The translations under genes were made by a program, and so were the position numbers. This document shows, in pieces, positions 17,142 to 26,476 of a stretch of DNA of 42,138 nucleotides. This DNA comes from a virus (lineage: Duplodnaviria; Heunggongvirae; Uroviricota; Caudoviricetes). Numbering within the stretch: the first letter of the stretch is position 1; every line of letters starts with the position of its first letter. The notes beneath the pieces are model-generated. The model made no database searches and was not told the DNA's origin. It saw only the letters and a program-made list of their open reading frames with translations. The DNA is taken from positions 1-42,138 of IMG/VR virus record IMGVR_UViG_2526164691_000033. One strand, written 5' to 3'.

Positions 17142-19606
17142 CAGAATCCCCCAACAGTAAGGCGAGGAATAACGGCAAGAACAGACAGCGGCAACGGATC
17201 AAGCTGACGGATTTTTACACGTCCGTTTTTGCCCCAGTTACTGTCCAGTTTCACTTCTACTTTTCCGGTAGCATCATCAACAGGATCATCGTAGAACTCG
17301 AATTCACGCTGTGGATATTCGTACCATTTACCGCCAGGCGTAGTCGCCCAGATGCCGCGACTGGCATTCACAACCAGAGTAACGGAGGGGATCACCTGTT
17401 TTTTGTCCAGCAGCGTTTCCTGTCCGTTAATGTTGATATCCAGTGTTTCGAATTCAGCAGTTATTGGCAGGCCGATGTGCACTACAGCCCCCGGAGATTC
17501 CAGCGTGACGGCACCTCCGGAAACCACTTTCTGTGGTTCCACGTTCGCATCAGAGAGAATGTTTACGGTCTGGCCTTCAAGATGAGACAGGCCTCCAAAT
17601 GTCCGGCGCGCCATCTGCCAGTTCGTGGTGGACACATTCCTGAGGGATGGCGGGACGTTCCTGTTAGCACGAACCACTACTGCGGTATTACTGGTTACAG
17701 AAATAATGTCGCAACGTAATTCTTTTGACACTTCATCGCCAGTATCAGTTCCGGCATAAGGGAACTGTAGTTGCGCGCCGACATCACTACTGGTGAAGTA
17801 CGCACCACCAGAAACACTGATTGTATATTCCGCGCGATAATCCCATTCGCCAGAGCCACCAGTGATGGTCATCGTTCTGTCAGACGTATTTCTTCCATCA
17901 TAGCTAAGGCCAGAATCAACAAAGAAAGCATCTTCATCGCTGGTAAATAAACGGCTGGACAGCCGCTCGATGTATCTCACTGTTTGCCCGTTAACGGTTC
18001 GGTTAACGACGAAATACACCGCATCTTCATTGCCTTCGCTGATACTGCATGTGCTTTCATATTTTCCGGTACTGGATTGTGGTGTCCATGCAAAAACCTG
18101 CTGATCACGCAAATAGGTCATCACCAGTAATTTACCGTCATCACGAATGCAGAAGGCGCTGGAGTAAGGGACAATAGAGAAGCACCAGTCAACAATGCTG
18201 TGCTTCTGAAAAAGATGATTGGCAAGGATGGTCAGGTCGTTCCCCTGATAGCCGTCAACATCGAATGAGTAGGCCAGATCACGGACAACACTGCCTTTCT
18301 CCTGGACGAACAGAGCAATATTCGCTACGGCAATTGGTGGGACGTTGCTTGAGCCATTTGATCCCTGAGAGCTGAATGCAAATGATGATGGGGTTAACAC
18401 TTTGTTCTGGTCGCCGGTGATGACGTACTCACCTCCGGAAGTCAGCGCCACCAGAGAACCAACATCAATCAGGTGGCGGATCTCATTAACCTGACGCCCG
18501 GCATAGGTGTAGATAATTCTGTCGTCATCCTGCGTAGGATTGCTTTTGCCAAAATCCTTATAATCCCCGGTACGGCTGGCCCAGATAGTCTGAGGGAACG
18601 CAGTCGATGCGGCGAAGTAAAGACGTTGTTGATAATAAACAACAGTGCCAGGATAACCATTAACACTGTTCCAGGCATATTTAGCCCATTTATAGCTGGC
18701 ATTATCCTCGCCAACTACCTGCGAAGGGATATAGGAAATCACCTCGGCAGTTGCAGTAGTTCCATTTGCAGCAGTGATACGGGCAATGCCAAAACCACTG
18801 TGCAGATATTCCCACTCAATGCCAGTATCATCATCACCGGATCCGCCCCAGCCATCCCATGATGTGCCTTCTGTATGCGAAGGGCGCAAAGTACCTGTTT
18901 TGCCTGCTGTAACGGCGCGATAGTAGTTACTGTCTGCACGGCGAATATCGCCAATCGACGTACTCTTACTGGTTTCCCATACCGGTACTGAATCCACTGC
19001 TGGCTGTTCCAGATAGAACAATTTGCCTACCTGCTCCGCGCCAAAAATAGAGGCGCTTGCCGTTAACGTAATTGTCCCGGTGCTGGCGCTGGCATAAACC
19101 GTCACTGACTCGTCAATATTGATATCTTCAAATGGTCCGTTCTTCGTTACCACATCAACCAGTTGCCAGTTGTCATGCGCATAGCGACGCAACTCTTTCG
19201 GCGGGTATGCCGGATGAACAAGCGTAAGCACGTCTGCGCTTTGCGTGAATTTAATTCGGAACAGATCGGCTTCAGTATATGGCGTGGCAATTTCATAAAT
19301 AACATTGCTGCTGTTCAGCACCAACGCACCATCTTTGATAACGCGCATGTACTGGTGTCCGAACTCCAGAGCATAGGTCTGAACCGTCGAGAACTGGAAC
19401 GGGATCAGGCGGCATTTCCGATTTGGGTATTTGGCGGCACCGACAAAACGCGTACCAGGTCGATTCTCAACGCCGCCATACTGCCGCACGATAAAGTTAT
19501 CGCACTTGCGCAATGCCACCTGGTACTTCGCCATGTCGATACGACCGTACAACGACGGTCCAATCTCACCACCAGCAAAGCTGGGCTGGATCCAACTGAT
19601 AGCCAT
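17141..19606 (-). CDS. tail tubular protein B-like (821 aa)
   Basis: Size and position right after a roughly 200-aa gene match the podovirus tubular A/B pair; identity not verified. Confidence 0.5.
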   Translation of the reverse strand: MAISWIQPSFAGGEIGPSLYGRIDMAKYQVALRKCDNFIVRQYGGVENRPGTRFVGAAKYPNRKCRLIPFQFSTVQTYALEFGHQYMRVIKDGALVLNSSNVIYEIATPYTEADLFRIKFTQSADVLTLVHPAYPPKELRRYAHDNWQLVDVVTKNGPFEDINIDESVTVYASASTGTITLTASASIFGAEQVGKLFYLEQPAVDSVPVWETSKSTSIGDIRRADSNYYRAVTAGKTGTLRPSHTEGTSWDGWGGSGDDDTGIEWEYLHSGFGIARITAANGTTATAEVISYIPSQVVGEDNASYKWAKYAWNSVNGYPGTVVYYQQRLYFAASTAFPQTIWASRTGDYKDFGKSNPTQDDDRIIYTYAGRQVNEIRHLIDVGSLVALTSGGEYVITGDQNKVLTPSSFAFSSQGSNGSSNVPPIAVANIALFVQEKGSVVRDLAYSFDVDGYQGNDLTILANHLFQKHSIVDWCFSIVPYSSAFCIRDDGKLLVMTYLRDQQVFAWTPQSSTGKYESTCSISEGNEDAVYFVVNRTVNGQTVRYIERLSSRLFTSDEDAFFVDSGLSYDGRNTSDRTMTITGGSGEWDYRAEYTISVSGGAYFTSSDVGAQLQFPYAGTDTGDEVSKELRCDIISVTSNTAVVVRANRNVPPSLRNVSTTNWQMARRTFGGLSHLEGQTVNILSDANVEPQKVVSGGAVTLESPGAVVHIGLPITAEFETLDININGQETLLDKKQVIPSVTLVVNASRGIWATTPGGKWYEYPQREFEFYDDPVDDATGKVEVKLDSNWGKNGRVKIRQLDPLPLSVLAVIPRLTVGGF

Positions 19607-20214
19607 CAGGACAACCTCGCAATGGTAAACTCGTCAACCGGTGGCTGTGGTTCCTGTGATTCATTCTGGCTATGCGAACCAGCACTAAGAATCACGCGAT
19701 TGTACATATTGAGAGCAAATGTACCGAGATCCGCATTCCCAGTCAGCGCCATGTTAATGGCTGCCGCAAGACGCCAGGCCAGCGCCTCCATAAAAATGGC
19801 ATCAAACATGTTCACATCTGAAACGCGAGAGACATACTTGAGCCATGCCTGCGGCTGGTCTGTATAGATCAATTTTCCTGTTCCGTTGGTGTCTGCACCA
19901 ACTTCGTACTGAACGCGCATTGCTGCTGTTGGATTGCGTACACCAGGAAGCATAATTTCAGTAATGCGCAGACAATCGGACGGGTACTGGTACGCATATT
20001 CCCAGTCAGGCGGTGGATTGCTCGTATCTGCAAGCGCCACGCGTTTGGTAGCAAAGTTCCAGTCAAAATCAGAAAGCACAGCATCACGGCAGGCCTCAAA
20101 GTGCAGCGAACATTCCCCCGCTTCCTTGCTGGCTTCCGTCAGGCTGTTAATGCTGCGGCTATTGCCAATATTGGACAGCGCACGATTACAGATCTCTACT
20201 ACAGAGGCCATCAC
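19606..20214 (-). CDS. tail tubular protein A-like (202 aa)
   Basis: Size and synteny with the downstream 821-aa gene. Confidence 0.45.
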   Translation of the reverse strand: MMASVVEICNRALSNIGNSRSINSLTEASKEAGECSLHFEACRDAVLSDFDWNFATKRVALADTSNPPPDWEYAYQYPSDCLRITEIMLPGVRNPTAAMRVQYEVGADTNGTGKLIYTDQPQAWLKYVSRVSDVNMFDAIFMEALAWRLAAAINMALTGNADLGTFALNMYNRVILSAGSHSQNESQEPQPPVDEFTIARLS

Positions 20215-20540
20215 TCACCTCCGTTACCGTACAGAGTTTCAGCCGCTGATTTTTCTACATCCCCGGAAACAGGAGCGATCGCCATATCAGTGATCTGCAG
20301 ATCGGCGCTGCGATTAACACCATCGTCAGTTTCTCTGGCAGACAGGCCTCGAATAACAGCCTTTGCAGTTATCATCACTTCTGTTCCGACGCCCTGAGGT
20401 TGCGCCTTCAGCTTATTCAATGTGTCGTTATTAAGAGTGATGCACAGCCCCCACGGGTATTCATCGCGAGTTCTGGTTTCTCCGCTCTCATCCTGGTAGC
20501 TGTCAGTGCCGGTTTTGAGGTTTACGAGTTCCATATACAC
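20211..20540 (-). CDS. virion-associated hypothetical protein
   Basis: Coupled small ORF between capsid and tail genes. Confidence 0.4.
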   Translation of the reverse strand: MYMELVNLKTGTDSYQDESGETRTRDEYPWGLCITLNNDTLNKLKAQPQGVGTEVMITAKAVIRGLSARETDDGVNRSADLQITDMAIAPVSGDVEKSAAETLYGNGGE

Positions 20541-20584
20541 TCCTGCAATAAAGGGGCCGAAGCCCCTTGTCTGATTCGCGAGGC

Positions 20585-20929
20585 TTACACGCCCAGTTCT
20601 TTACGCTTATCTGCGATCTTCTCGCGGAGCGTTTCTGCTTTGGCGTTATGGTGTGGCTTCTCGTTAAAGAGCAATTCGTACTCTTCACGGAGCTTATCCA
20701 GTTCACCATCATCTGACGCATCGTTGATGATTTTGGTGCTGGTTGCTGCCATTGACACCTTTCCTGCAACTTTTGCTTTTGCCTGTCTGGCTGCATCGTT
20801 AACAGGTTCCAGTGCGCTACCAGGCTCACCTTCGTATTCGATTTCTGCTCCCTCCGGCCACAGTGTGTTATGGATATGAGAGAGGCGCAGAACGCGGTAT
20901 CTTGGTTTCTCACCAGACATCGATATCAC
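20585..20929 (-). CDS. virion-associated hypothetical protein
   Basis: Coupled small ORF between capsid and tail genes. Confidence 0.4.
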   Translation of the reverse strand: MISMSGEKPRYRVLRLSHIHNTLWPEGAEIEYEGEPGSALEPVNDAARQAKAKVAGKVSMAATSTKIINDASDDGELDKLREEYELLFNEKPHHNAKAETLREKIADKRKELGV

Positions 20930-20930
20930 C

Positions 20931-21368
20931 TTAACCAGTTATTTTTGAGCGGATCGGGTACGGTGTATTGGCATCAACATCCAGACTGATACCCGCAGTG
21001 AATTTGCCGGCCGTTAGTGGGCCAGTTGCGACGGAGTAGTTAACACGCAAATATCGCTGAACACCGGCAGGCACCTTTGCAGAAACAACTCGTTTACCTG
21101 CTGTCAGGGTGGCCTTTGCCAGTGCGCCACTATCATAAATAGTGGTCCAAGAGCTGTTATTCTCACTCGTCTGCAACTGGATGTTTACAGTTGCCTCACC
21201 ACTTGCCGTGGCGGCTTCGTTAACCAGCGCCCAAAACTCAAGCGGGTAACCCACGCCGATATCGCGACGGTTTCCATCAATTGGGCCGAGATCGATTACG
21301 TCAGTAGAAGCCGCGGTATCAGTTACCGCCTGTGCTTCGGAGAACATCAACAGTTTGTCGGTGATCAT
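20931..21368 (-). CDS. putative capsid decoration / head-associated protein
   Basis: Immediately downstream of major capsid gene; Thr/Ala/Gly-rich beta-like sequence. Confidence 0.4.
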   Translation of the reverse strand: MITDKLLMFSEAQAVTDTAASTDVIDLGPIDGNRRDIGVGYPLEFWALVNEAATASGEATVNIQLQTSENNSSWTTIYDSGALAKATLTAGKRVVSAKVPAGVQRYLRVNYSVATGPLTAGKFTAGISLDVDANTPYPIRSKITG

Positions 21369-21419
21369 CTTCTTTCTCCATTAGTGGGTCTGTTACGACC
21401 CACAGGTTAATAACAGGCG

Positions 21420-22412
21420 TTACACCACGCGGGCTTCTGTTTCCAGAAGCGCATCAGTTTCACGGATTGGTACACCACGGAATGAAGTCCACCACTCGCC
21501 TTCTGTCTCTTTTACGCTGATCGCCAGAGATGTTTTCTCCAGAGATTGCAGATCAAGAGCCTGGCCTACAGTGCGGTTCATGTAGAACACCGGGCGGCCC
21601 ATGCCACGGTTTGGAATGCGATGCAGTGCTTTAACCATCAACTTCGCAATATTTGCGGCAGAGGAAGGTTCTGAAAGATTGCTGACATCGATGTTTGCAA
21701 TGCGAACAACATAACGCCAGTCACGCAGAGCAAGTCCGTTGTCCCATTTGTAATGGGTGCGATAGCCTTCGTACTTGCCGCCATTAGCATCTTCCAGTGT
21801 CACCTGGCCTTTATCTTCCATCTGAATGCCAGCCTTCTGCCCTTTCGGGAAGATGCCATGCACGGTGTTTTCGCCCCACACCACTAACCAGATTGAGGTG
21901 TTATCTGTACCCGTGCCACCAGCATCAATGATGTTCTGAGCATTACCCGCAGACATGCTGGAATAGCGGGAGGACAGTCCCATAAACTGCTGAGGGTTAA
22001 CGCTGGAATCACCATAAAACAGCGTCTGCGCCATCTGCTGATTCATCGCTTCAATAAATGCGCGGTCTTCAGACAGGCGGAATTCGGCGGTATTACCGTT
22101 CAGATCAGCCAGTGACTTATCGACTTCAGCATAGGTTTCCAGCATGCCAACGGAGTCGGTGACCTGCACTGTGGTTGATTTGCTTGGCTGTACGCCATAG
22201 TTCAGCAAACGCCAGGTAGCTGAAGGTAAACCAGAACGAATGGTGGTTCGGTGTCCGGTAGGAAGGTTCCCTTCGACAAAAGGCATATCCTGAAGGATCG
22301 GGTTAGTTTGACCGAGAAGCTCGATAATCTTATCGACTTTCCCGTTTGGATCGACGCGCTTACCCCAGTCAGCCAGCGTTAGCGCAGTTAAGCCTTTAAC
22401 AGCCATTGTCAT
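21420..22412 (-). CDS. major capsid protein
   Basis: 330 aa, follows scaffold-like gene and portal; size as recalled for epsilon15-type capsid proteins. Confidence 0.65.
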   Translation of the reverse strand: MTMAVKGLTALTLADWGKRVDPNGKVDKIIELLGQTNPILQDMPFVEGNLPTGHRTTIRSGLPSATWRLLNYGVQPSKSTTVQVTDSVGMLETYAEVDKSLADLNGNTAEFRLSEDRAFIEAMNQQMAQTLFYGDSSVNPQQFMGLSSRYSSMSAGNAQNIIDAGGTGTDNTSIWLVVWGENTVHGIFPKGQKAGIQMEDKGQVTLEDANGGKYEGYRTHYKWDNGLALRDWRYVVRIANIDVSNLSEPSSAANIAKLMVKALHRIPNRGMGRPVFYMNRTVGQALDLQSLEKTSLAISVKETEGEWWTSFRGVPIRETDALLETEARVV

Positions 22413-22420
22413 TTCCTCTT

Positions 22421-23122
22421 TTATTTGCCATAGAGCACTTCGGCCGCACTACGCTGGCCTTCATTACCACCGGTGACCATGCCATCTTCAGACATCGCCT
22501 TTCCGATTTTCACGAACGTTTTGACCAGATCAGGGTGATTACCCAGCCCGGTGGTGTTCAGATATTCTTTGAGTTCAGGTGTCCCGAACTGGTCAAGCGC
22601 ACGCTGTGCGGCGCTAAGGTTAGAAATCAACTTGTCGCCACCGATTTCTTTGTCAGCTTTTACATCCGCAGCCCACTGCTCGGTTGTTTTCTGCCAGGCT
22701 TCTGCCTGGCGCTGCTGAACACCTGCCAGAATCTTCGGATAAGCATCAACCAGCTTTTGCGCTTGCTCGTTGGTCAGGTTTAGTTCTCGCGCCACCGGCT
22801 CGAATTCCTTCAACGCTTCTGTATCCAGCTCTACGCCTTCGGCAGCCTGAAACTCGTACTTCTCAGGCGCACCCTCTGGTTTATCGCCGTCCTTTTTTTC
22901 ATCCTGCTTATCGTTTTCAGGCTTTTTGTCAGCAGCAGGTTTATCGCCATCAGCAACAGGTTGTGGCTTATCACCTTCCTGTTGTGATGGATCACCAACT
23001 GGAGCTGGGTTATCACCTGCAGGCGCTGACGGTTCTGAAGCAGCCGGAGCTGCTCCACCATCGACTGGTTGCTCATTGCAAAGACGGCTATACAGCAAAC
23101 GCTCAAATAAATTCATGATCAC
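22421..23122 (-). CDS. scaffolding-like protein
   Basis: Acidic, Pro/Ala/Glu/Lys-rich low-complexity N-terminal half; lies between portal and capsid genes. Confidence 0.5.
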   Translation of the reverse strand: MIMNLFERLLYSRLCNEQPVDGGAAPAASEPSAPAGDNPAPVGDPSQQEGDKPQPVADGDKPAADKKPENDKQDEKKDGDKPEGAPEKYEFQAAEGVELDTEALKEFEPVARELNLTNEQAQKLVDAYPKILAGVQQRQAEAWQKTTEQWAADVKADKEIGGDKLISNLSAAQRALDQFGTPELKEYLNTTGLGNHPDLVKTFVKIGKAMSEDGMVTGGNEGQRSAAEVLYGK

Positions 23123-23415
23123 TCCTGTTCACTGGCCTCTTTGGCCATCTTCAAATACTGTTCAGGGCAATGCGCCATAACGCGCTGAAACAGTTCCAGC
23201 GCCAGATTGCGTTGCCCCTCATTAAATGCCATTGCCATAGCGTCCATCGGTGAGATAGCGGAAAACACACGGCCTTTCTCCAGCACAGACCAGACAACGC
23301 GACGCCCCTGTTCACTGCTCATGACAAAGCGAATGTCATCAATTTCACGCTGTGCCATGTCACGTTGCTTACGGGCGTTTTCTTCTTTCAGTTGATCGTC
23401 TTCGTAATCTGTCAT
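23119..23415 (-). CDS. hypothetical small protein (head module)
   Basis: Overlaps portal stop and scaffold start. Confidence 0.4.
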   Translation of the reverse strand: MTDYEDDQLKEENARKQRDMAQREIDDIRFVMSSEQGRRVVWSVLEKGRVFSAISPMDAMAMAFNEGQRNLALELFQRVMAHCPEQYLKMAKEASEQE

Positions 23416-25091
23416 TGTGATTGCCCACCCTGACCACTAACTGCATTCGCCATAGCTGACAAAACACTCGGATCCGAAGTTTTAGCTTCGCTTAGCGTCT
23501 TGGCACCCTGTGCCGCCGCCATCCCCATCGCCATCATTTGTTGCTGCTGTTGCTGCTGTGCCCGTTGCTGGCGAGCCTGATCAACCTGTTCCTGCGGAAC
23601 AATGACGGTTGGAGACACTCCGGACATATCAGCGAATGCATCGATCGCCTGATCAACGTTGAGTTTGTCGAGAGCTTCTGGTTTCGCTTGCGCAAGTTGA
23701 CCAATGAAGTTAACCGTGGACGCCAGACTGGACAGGCCGATAGACTTCTGCGCCTGAGCCATGACGGAAATGTATTCGACCTTCAGGGGCATGCCTTCCA
23801 TCGCGTCAGGCGGTGGCGGCAGCATGTTTTTACGCACCATCATCGAGAAAGCGCGGTCAATGAGAGGATTAAGACATTCGTCGTTCAGACGCTCCAGAAC
23901 CGGCCCCAACATCAGAAGTTTTTCTTCTTTCATTTCGATCACCGCTTCAACAGGCATCGAGCGGGTATTGATGTTCTGCAACATCATGAACAGATCGACA
24001 AAGTAGGCGCTGTTAATGATTTGACGAGTGTCCTGAATGTCTGCTACCAGATCTGCTGTACTGGGGTTAACCAGATAAGCAGGCCTGAAACCATCCTGAC
24101 CAGTAATCTGATCGATATACGTGATGTCGCCAGGAAGAAGGGAGGCGCGCTGATTCTTGAGGGAAGTCGGAGCAACCATCGGCGGATTGGTGGCTTTATC
24201 AATCAACTGCGACTTGCGCTTCTGAAGAAGCTGCAATGCCTTAACAGGTCCAAGCGCCAGCATACCCGGGCATGATGATCCATAAACATCTTCGCCGTTA
24301 ACTTCCCAGCGCGGAGCCATAATTGGAAACTCATCGAATCCGGACTCACGCAACAACTTGTCGTTATCGCCGCCAACCTCGTAATAAACCGATTTGAATG
24401 GCTTGTTCTTGCTATCCAGCTTCGATGTATCGCGGTCAATGTTCGGGTAAACCGAATGCATCACCTCAATCCACTTCTCGTAGGTGCCAATTTCCCACAT
24501 GCTTTTTACGGATTCGCTGACGTTATTTAGCCCGAACTCCTGAACAAGCTGACGAACAGTCATAGAGAACTTGCGAAAACAGGTGTCCACACTGCCACGA
24601 GGTGAGTTAGCCAGGTAGTAACTACCTATCGGGAATGGCATTGTGCGAATGATGTCCTCGTCATCCTCCAGCACCGCCATTGCACCAGTGCTGTATGTGC
24701 CGAGGCTTCCGTATAACTGCGGAAGAGACTGGTAGAGATTCGACTTATTGAACATATCATTCATGCGGTTCTGCACCGCCTCAAGCCACAACTTAACAGG
24801 GCCATAATCCATCATTTCAGGATCTGGCGTAGCCAGGCGAAACCACGGACGCGCGGGGCTTGTGATGCCTGACATCATGCCGCTGGCGAGAGTGCGCGCC
24901 GCCATAGTCCCGGTCGAATCAATAATGCGTGTATTGCGTCGATCGTTACGGTTGACCTCAGAAGTCAGAAAGCGGGAACCACGCGGGTTGATGTAATCAC
25001 TCAACTCGCGCCAGTGCGGCTCGAACGACTGACGCTCGCTTTCAAGTTGTGCGAACTGTTTGTTCAATCGCTCTTTAGTTGTTTCCGCCAT
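23412..25091 (-). CDS. portal / head-to-tail connector protein (T7 gp8-type)
   Basis: 559 aa; Gln/Ala/Met-rich C-terminal tail (QQRAQQQQQQQMMAMGMAAAQGA) resembles the T7 connector C-terminus as recalled; precedes scaffold and capsid. Confidence 0.7.
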   Translation of the reverse strand: MAETTKERLNKQFAQLESERQSFEPHWRELSDYINPRGSRFLTSEVNRNDRRNTRIIDSTGTMAARTLASGMMSGITSPARPWFRLATPDPEMMDYGPVKLWLEAVQNRMNDMFNKSNLYQSLPQLYGSLGTYSTGAMAVLEDDEDIIRTMPFPIGSYYLANSPRGSVDTCFRKFSMTVRQLVQEFGLNNVSESVKSMWEIGTYEKWIEVMHSVYPNIDRDTSKLDSKNKPFKSVYYEVGGDNDKLLRESGFDEFPIMAPRWEVNGEDVYGSSCPGMLALGPVKALQLLQKRKSQLIDKATNPPMVAPTSLKNQRASLLPGDITYIDQITGQDGFRPAYLVNPSTADLVADIQDTRQIINSAYFVDLFMMLQNINTRSMPVEAVIEMKEEKLLMLGPVLERLNDECLNPLIDRAFSMMVRKNMLPPPPDAMEGMPLKVEYISVMAQAQKSIGLSSLASTVNFIGQLAQAKPEALDKLNVDQAIDAFADMSGVSPTVIVPQEQVDQARQQRAQQQQQQQMMAMGMAAAQGAKTLSEAKTSDPSVLSAMANAVSGQGGQSQ

Positions 25092-25105
25092 TTCAATGAC
25101 TCCGG

Positions 25106-25312
25106 TTACTGACCAAGCAGCGTTTTACCGCTGGTATTAGCGGTTGATGTGTCGCCCTGAGAACCGGTAAGCAGCGTAGAACTACGACCAGCAGCAGCGC
25201 GACGGCGACGTGTTTCTTCGTCGCGGGCATCAACAACGGCGGCATCCTGCTCCTGTGGTGCTGCCTGAACTTCTGGTGTTGCAGGCACTGATGGTGAGCT
25301 ACCCATGCACAT
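25106..25312 (-). CDS. hypothetical small acidic protein
   Basis: 68-aa ORF ending 14 nt before the portal start; the alternative overlapping frame looks less protein-like. Confidence 0.3.
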   Translation of the reverse strand: MCMGSSPSVPATPEVQAAPQEQDAAVVDARDEETRRRRAAAGRSSTLLTGSQGDTSTANTSGKTLLGQ

Positions 25313-25402
25313 ATCAATGACTCCGTACGCAATTAAATTATTACCAATTTAACCACATGTGATTTATTTATCGTAGATAGTTGACATTTAACGCACAAAT
25401 TA

Positions 25403-25417
25403 TTACCTTTCAGGTAA
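25403..25417. promoter_or_regulatory. operator motif TTACCTTTCAGGTAA with TTGACA 17 nt upstream
   Basis: Perfect palindrome; TTGACA at 25381-25386; heads the plus-strand tRNA unit. Confidence 0.5.
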
Positions 25418-25739
25418 TCAAAGGGTTCATTCCGGTTATTAACCTGACTGGCTTGTCGTTAAATTGAACAGGTGGAGTGAGCTTTTATTTTGAGCAGTAC
25501 GGCGTATGGCACATGCGCCGATAGCGGTCTGGATACGTTTAAGGGGCACCCTCCCTTGCTCGGGCAAACGAACCAGGTAGCCGGAATGTGCAAGTCGAGC
25601 GGTTTTATTCCGCGCACGGGGATTCACCATCCCGGCGATTCGGTGTGACGCCTCGGAAGAGACGAGGGTACAACGATGAGAGCATTTATGGAGCCGCGAC
25701 AAAGTGTGGCGCCTTAACAGGCTAAGTGCTCTCAGCGTT

Positions 25740-25816
25740 GTGGCATTAGCTCAGTTGGACAGAGCAACCGCCTTCTAAGCGGTTGGTCGCAGGTTCGAAT
25801 CCTGCATGCCACGCCA
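25740..25816 (+). tRNA. tRNA-Arg (anticodon UCU)
   Basis: 77 nt; 7-bp acceptor stem GTGGCAT/ATGCCAC; D-loop AGCTCAGTTGGACAGAGC; anticodon stem ACCGC/GCGGT with loop CTTCTAA (anticodon TCT); T-arm GGTTCGAATCC; discriminator G and CCA encoded. Confidence 0.85.
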
Positions 25817-26014
25817 GAATCACGCCTAAGGACCGTGATGCCAGAAGTTCCAGGTGCTTGGCGGTGATAGTTTCCCTTGAAGGACTATCACCGCCCTTTT
25901 TACAGCAGGACGCCATTGCGATGACTTCATGCTGTAAACCCGTACAGCCACGGAAGGCATAACTCATTGCTTCCAGTTCGCCCGGTTCGCCGGGCATTTT
26001 TTTAAGGTGAGATT

Positions 26015-26386
26015 ATGAACGACCAGCAAATCGAAAAAGAAATCGTTGAGAAAGGCAAAACGGCACCGCGCGTTACGCCAGACCATATCGAAGGCATTAT
26101 TGCTCAGGAGGCATATTTCACAGCAGAAGATGGTGCCTTTGGCAAAGCCATAAAAGCGAAACATACTGGCGGAGAGGTAAACTACCAGCCGCACGAATCA
26201 CTTTCTCTGCTGACGTTCTGCGTCCTGGTGCTGCGCAACGGCTTCACCGTCACCGGAGAGAGTTCCTGTGCAAGTCCGGAAAATTTTGATGCAGAAATTG
26301 GTCGGAAGATTGCCCGGCAGAATGCTGTAAACAAAATCTGGATGCTCGAAGGTTACTTGCTGAAGCAGAAGTTAAGCGAGCAATAA
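26015..26386 (+). CDS. hypothetical phage protein (possibly Gp49-like family)
   Basis: 123-aa ORF on the strand opposite to the flanking virion genes, downstream of the tRNA and followed by a terminator; family assignment is from memory only. Confidence 0.45.
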   Translation: MNDQQIEKEIVEKGKTAPRVTPDHIEGIIAQEAYFTAEDGAFGKAIKAKHTGGEVNYQPHESLSLLTFCVLVLRNGFTVTGESSCASPENFDAEIGRKIARQNAVNKIWMLEGYLLKQKLSEQ

Positions 26387-26406
26387 CACCGTGGCATGTC
26401 ACAAAC

Positions 26407-26435
26407 AGCCAGCCTATGAGCTGGCTTTGTTTTAT
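26407..26435 (+). terminator. rho-independent terminator
   Basis: AGCCAGC/GCTGGCT stem followed by TTTGTTTT. Confidence 0.55.
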
Positions 26436-26476
26436 CCTCACCAGAGGATATCAACGACATTATCCCCACCAGCGGA

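Noticed and set aside
25439-25702. 87-aa minus-strand ORF in the tRNA leader
   Set aside because: It is antisense to a promoter-proximal structured region, has no RBS, and its translation is Arg/Ser-rich with no protein-like character; more likely a chance ORF in GC-rich structured RNA.
25740-25816. tRNA-Arg as the prophage integration target
   Set aside because: The tRNA is complete, lies in the middle of the virion gene block far from the integrase, and has no flanking partial repeat that I could see; it is better explained as a phage-carried tRNA.
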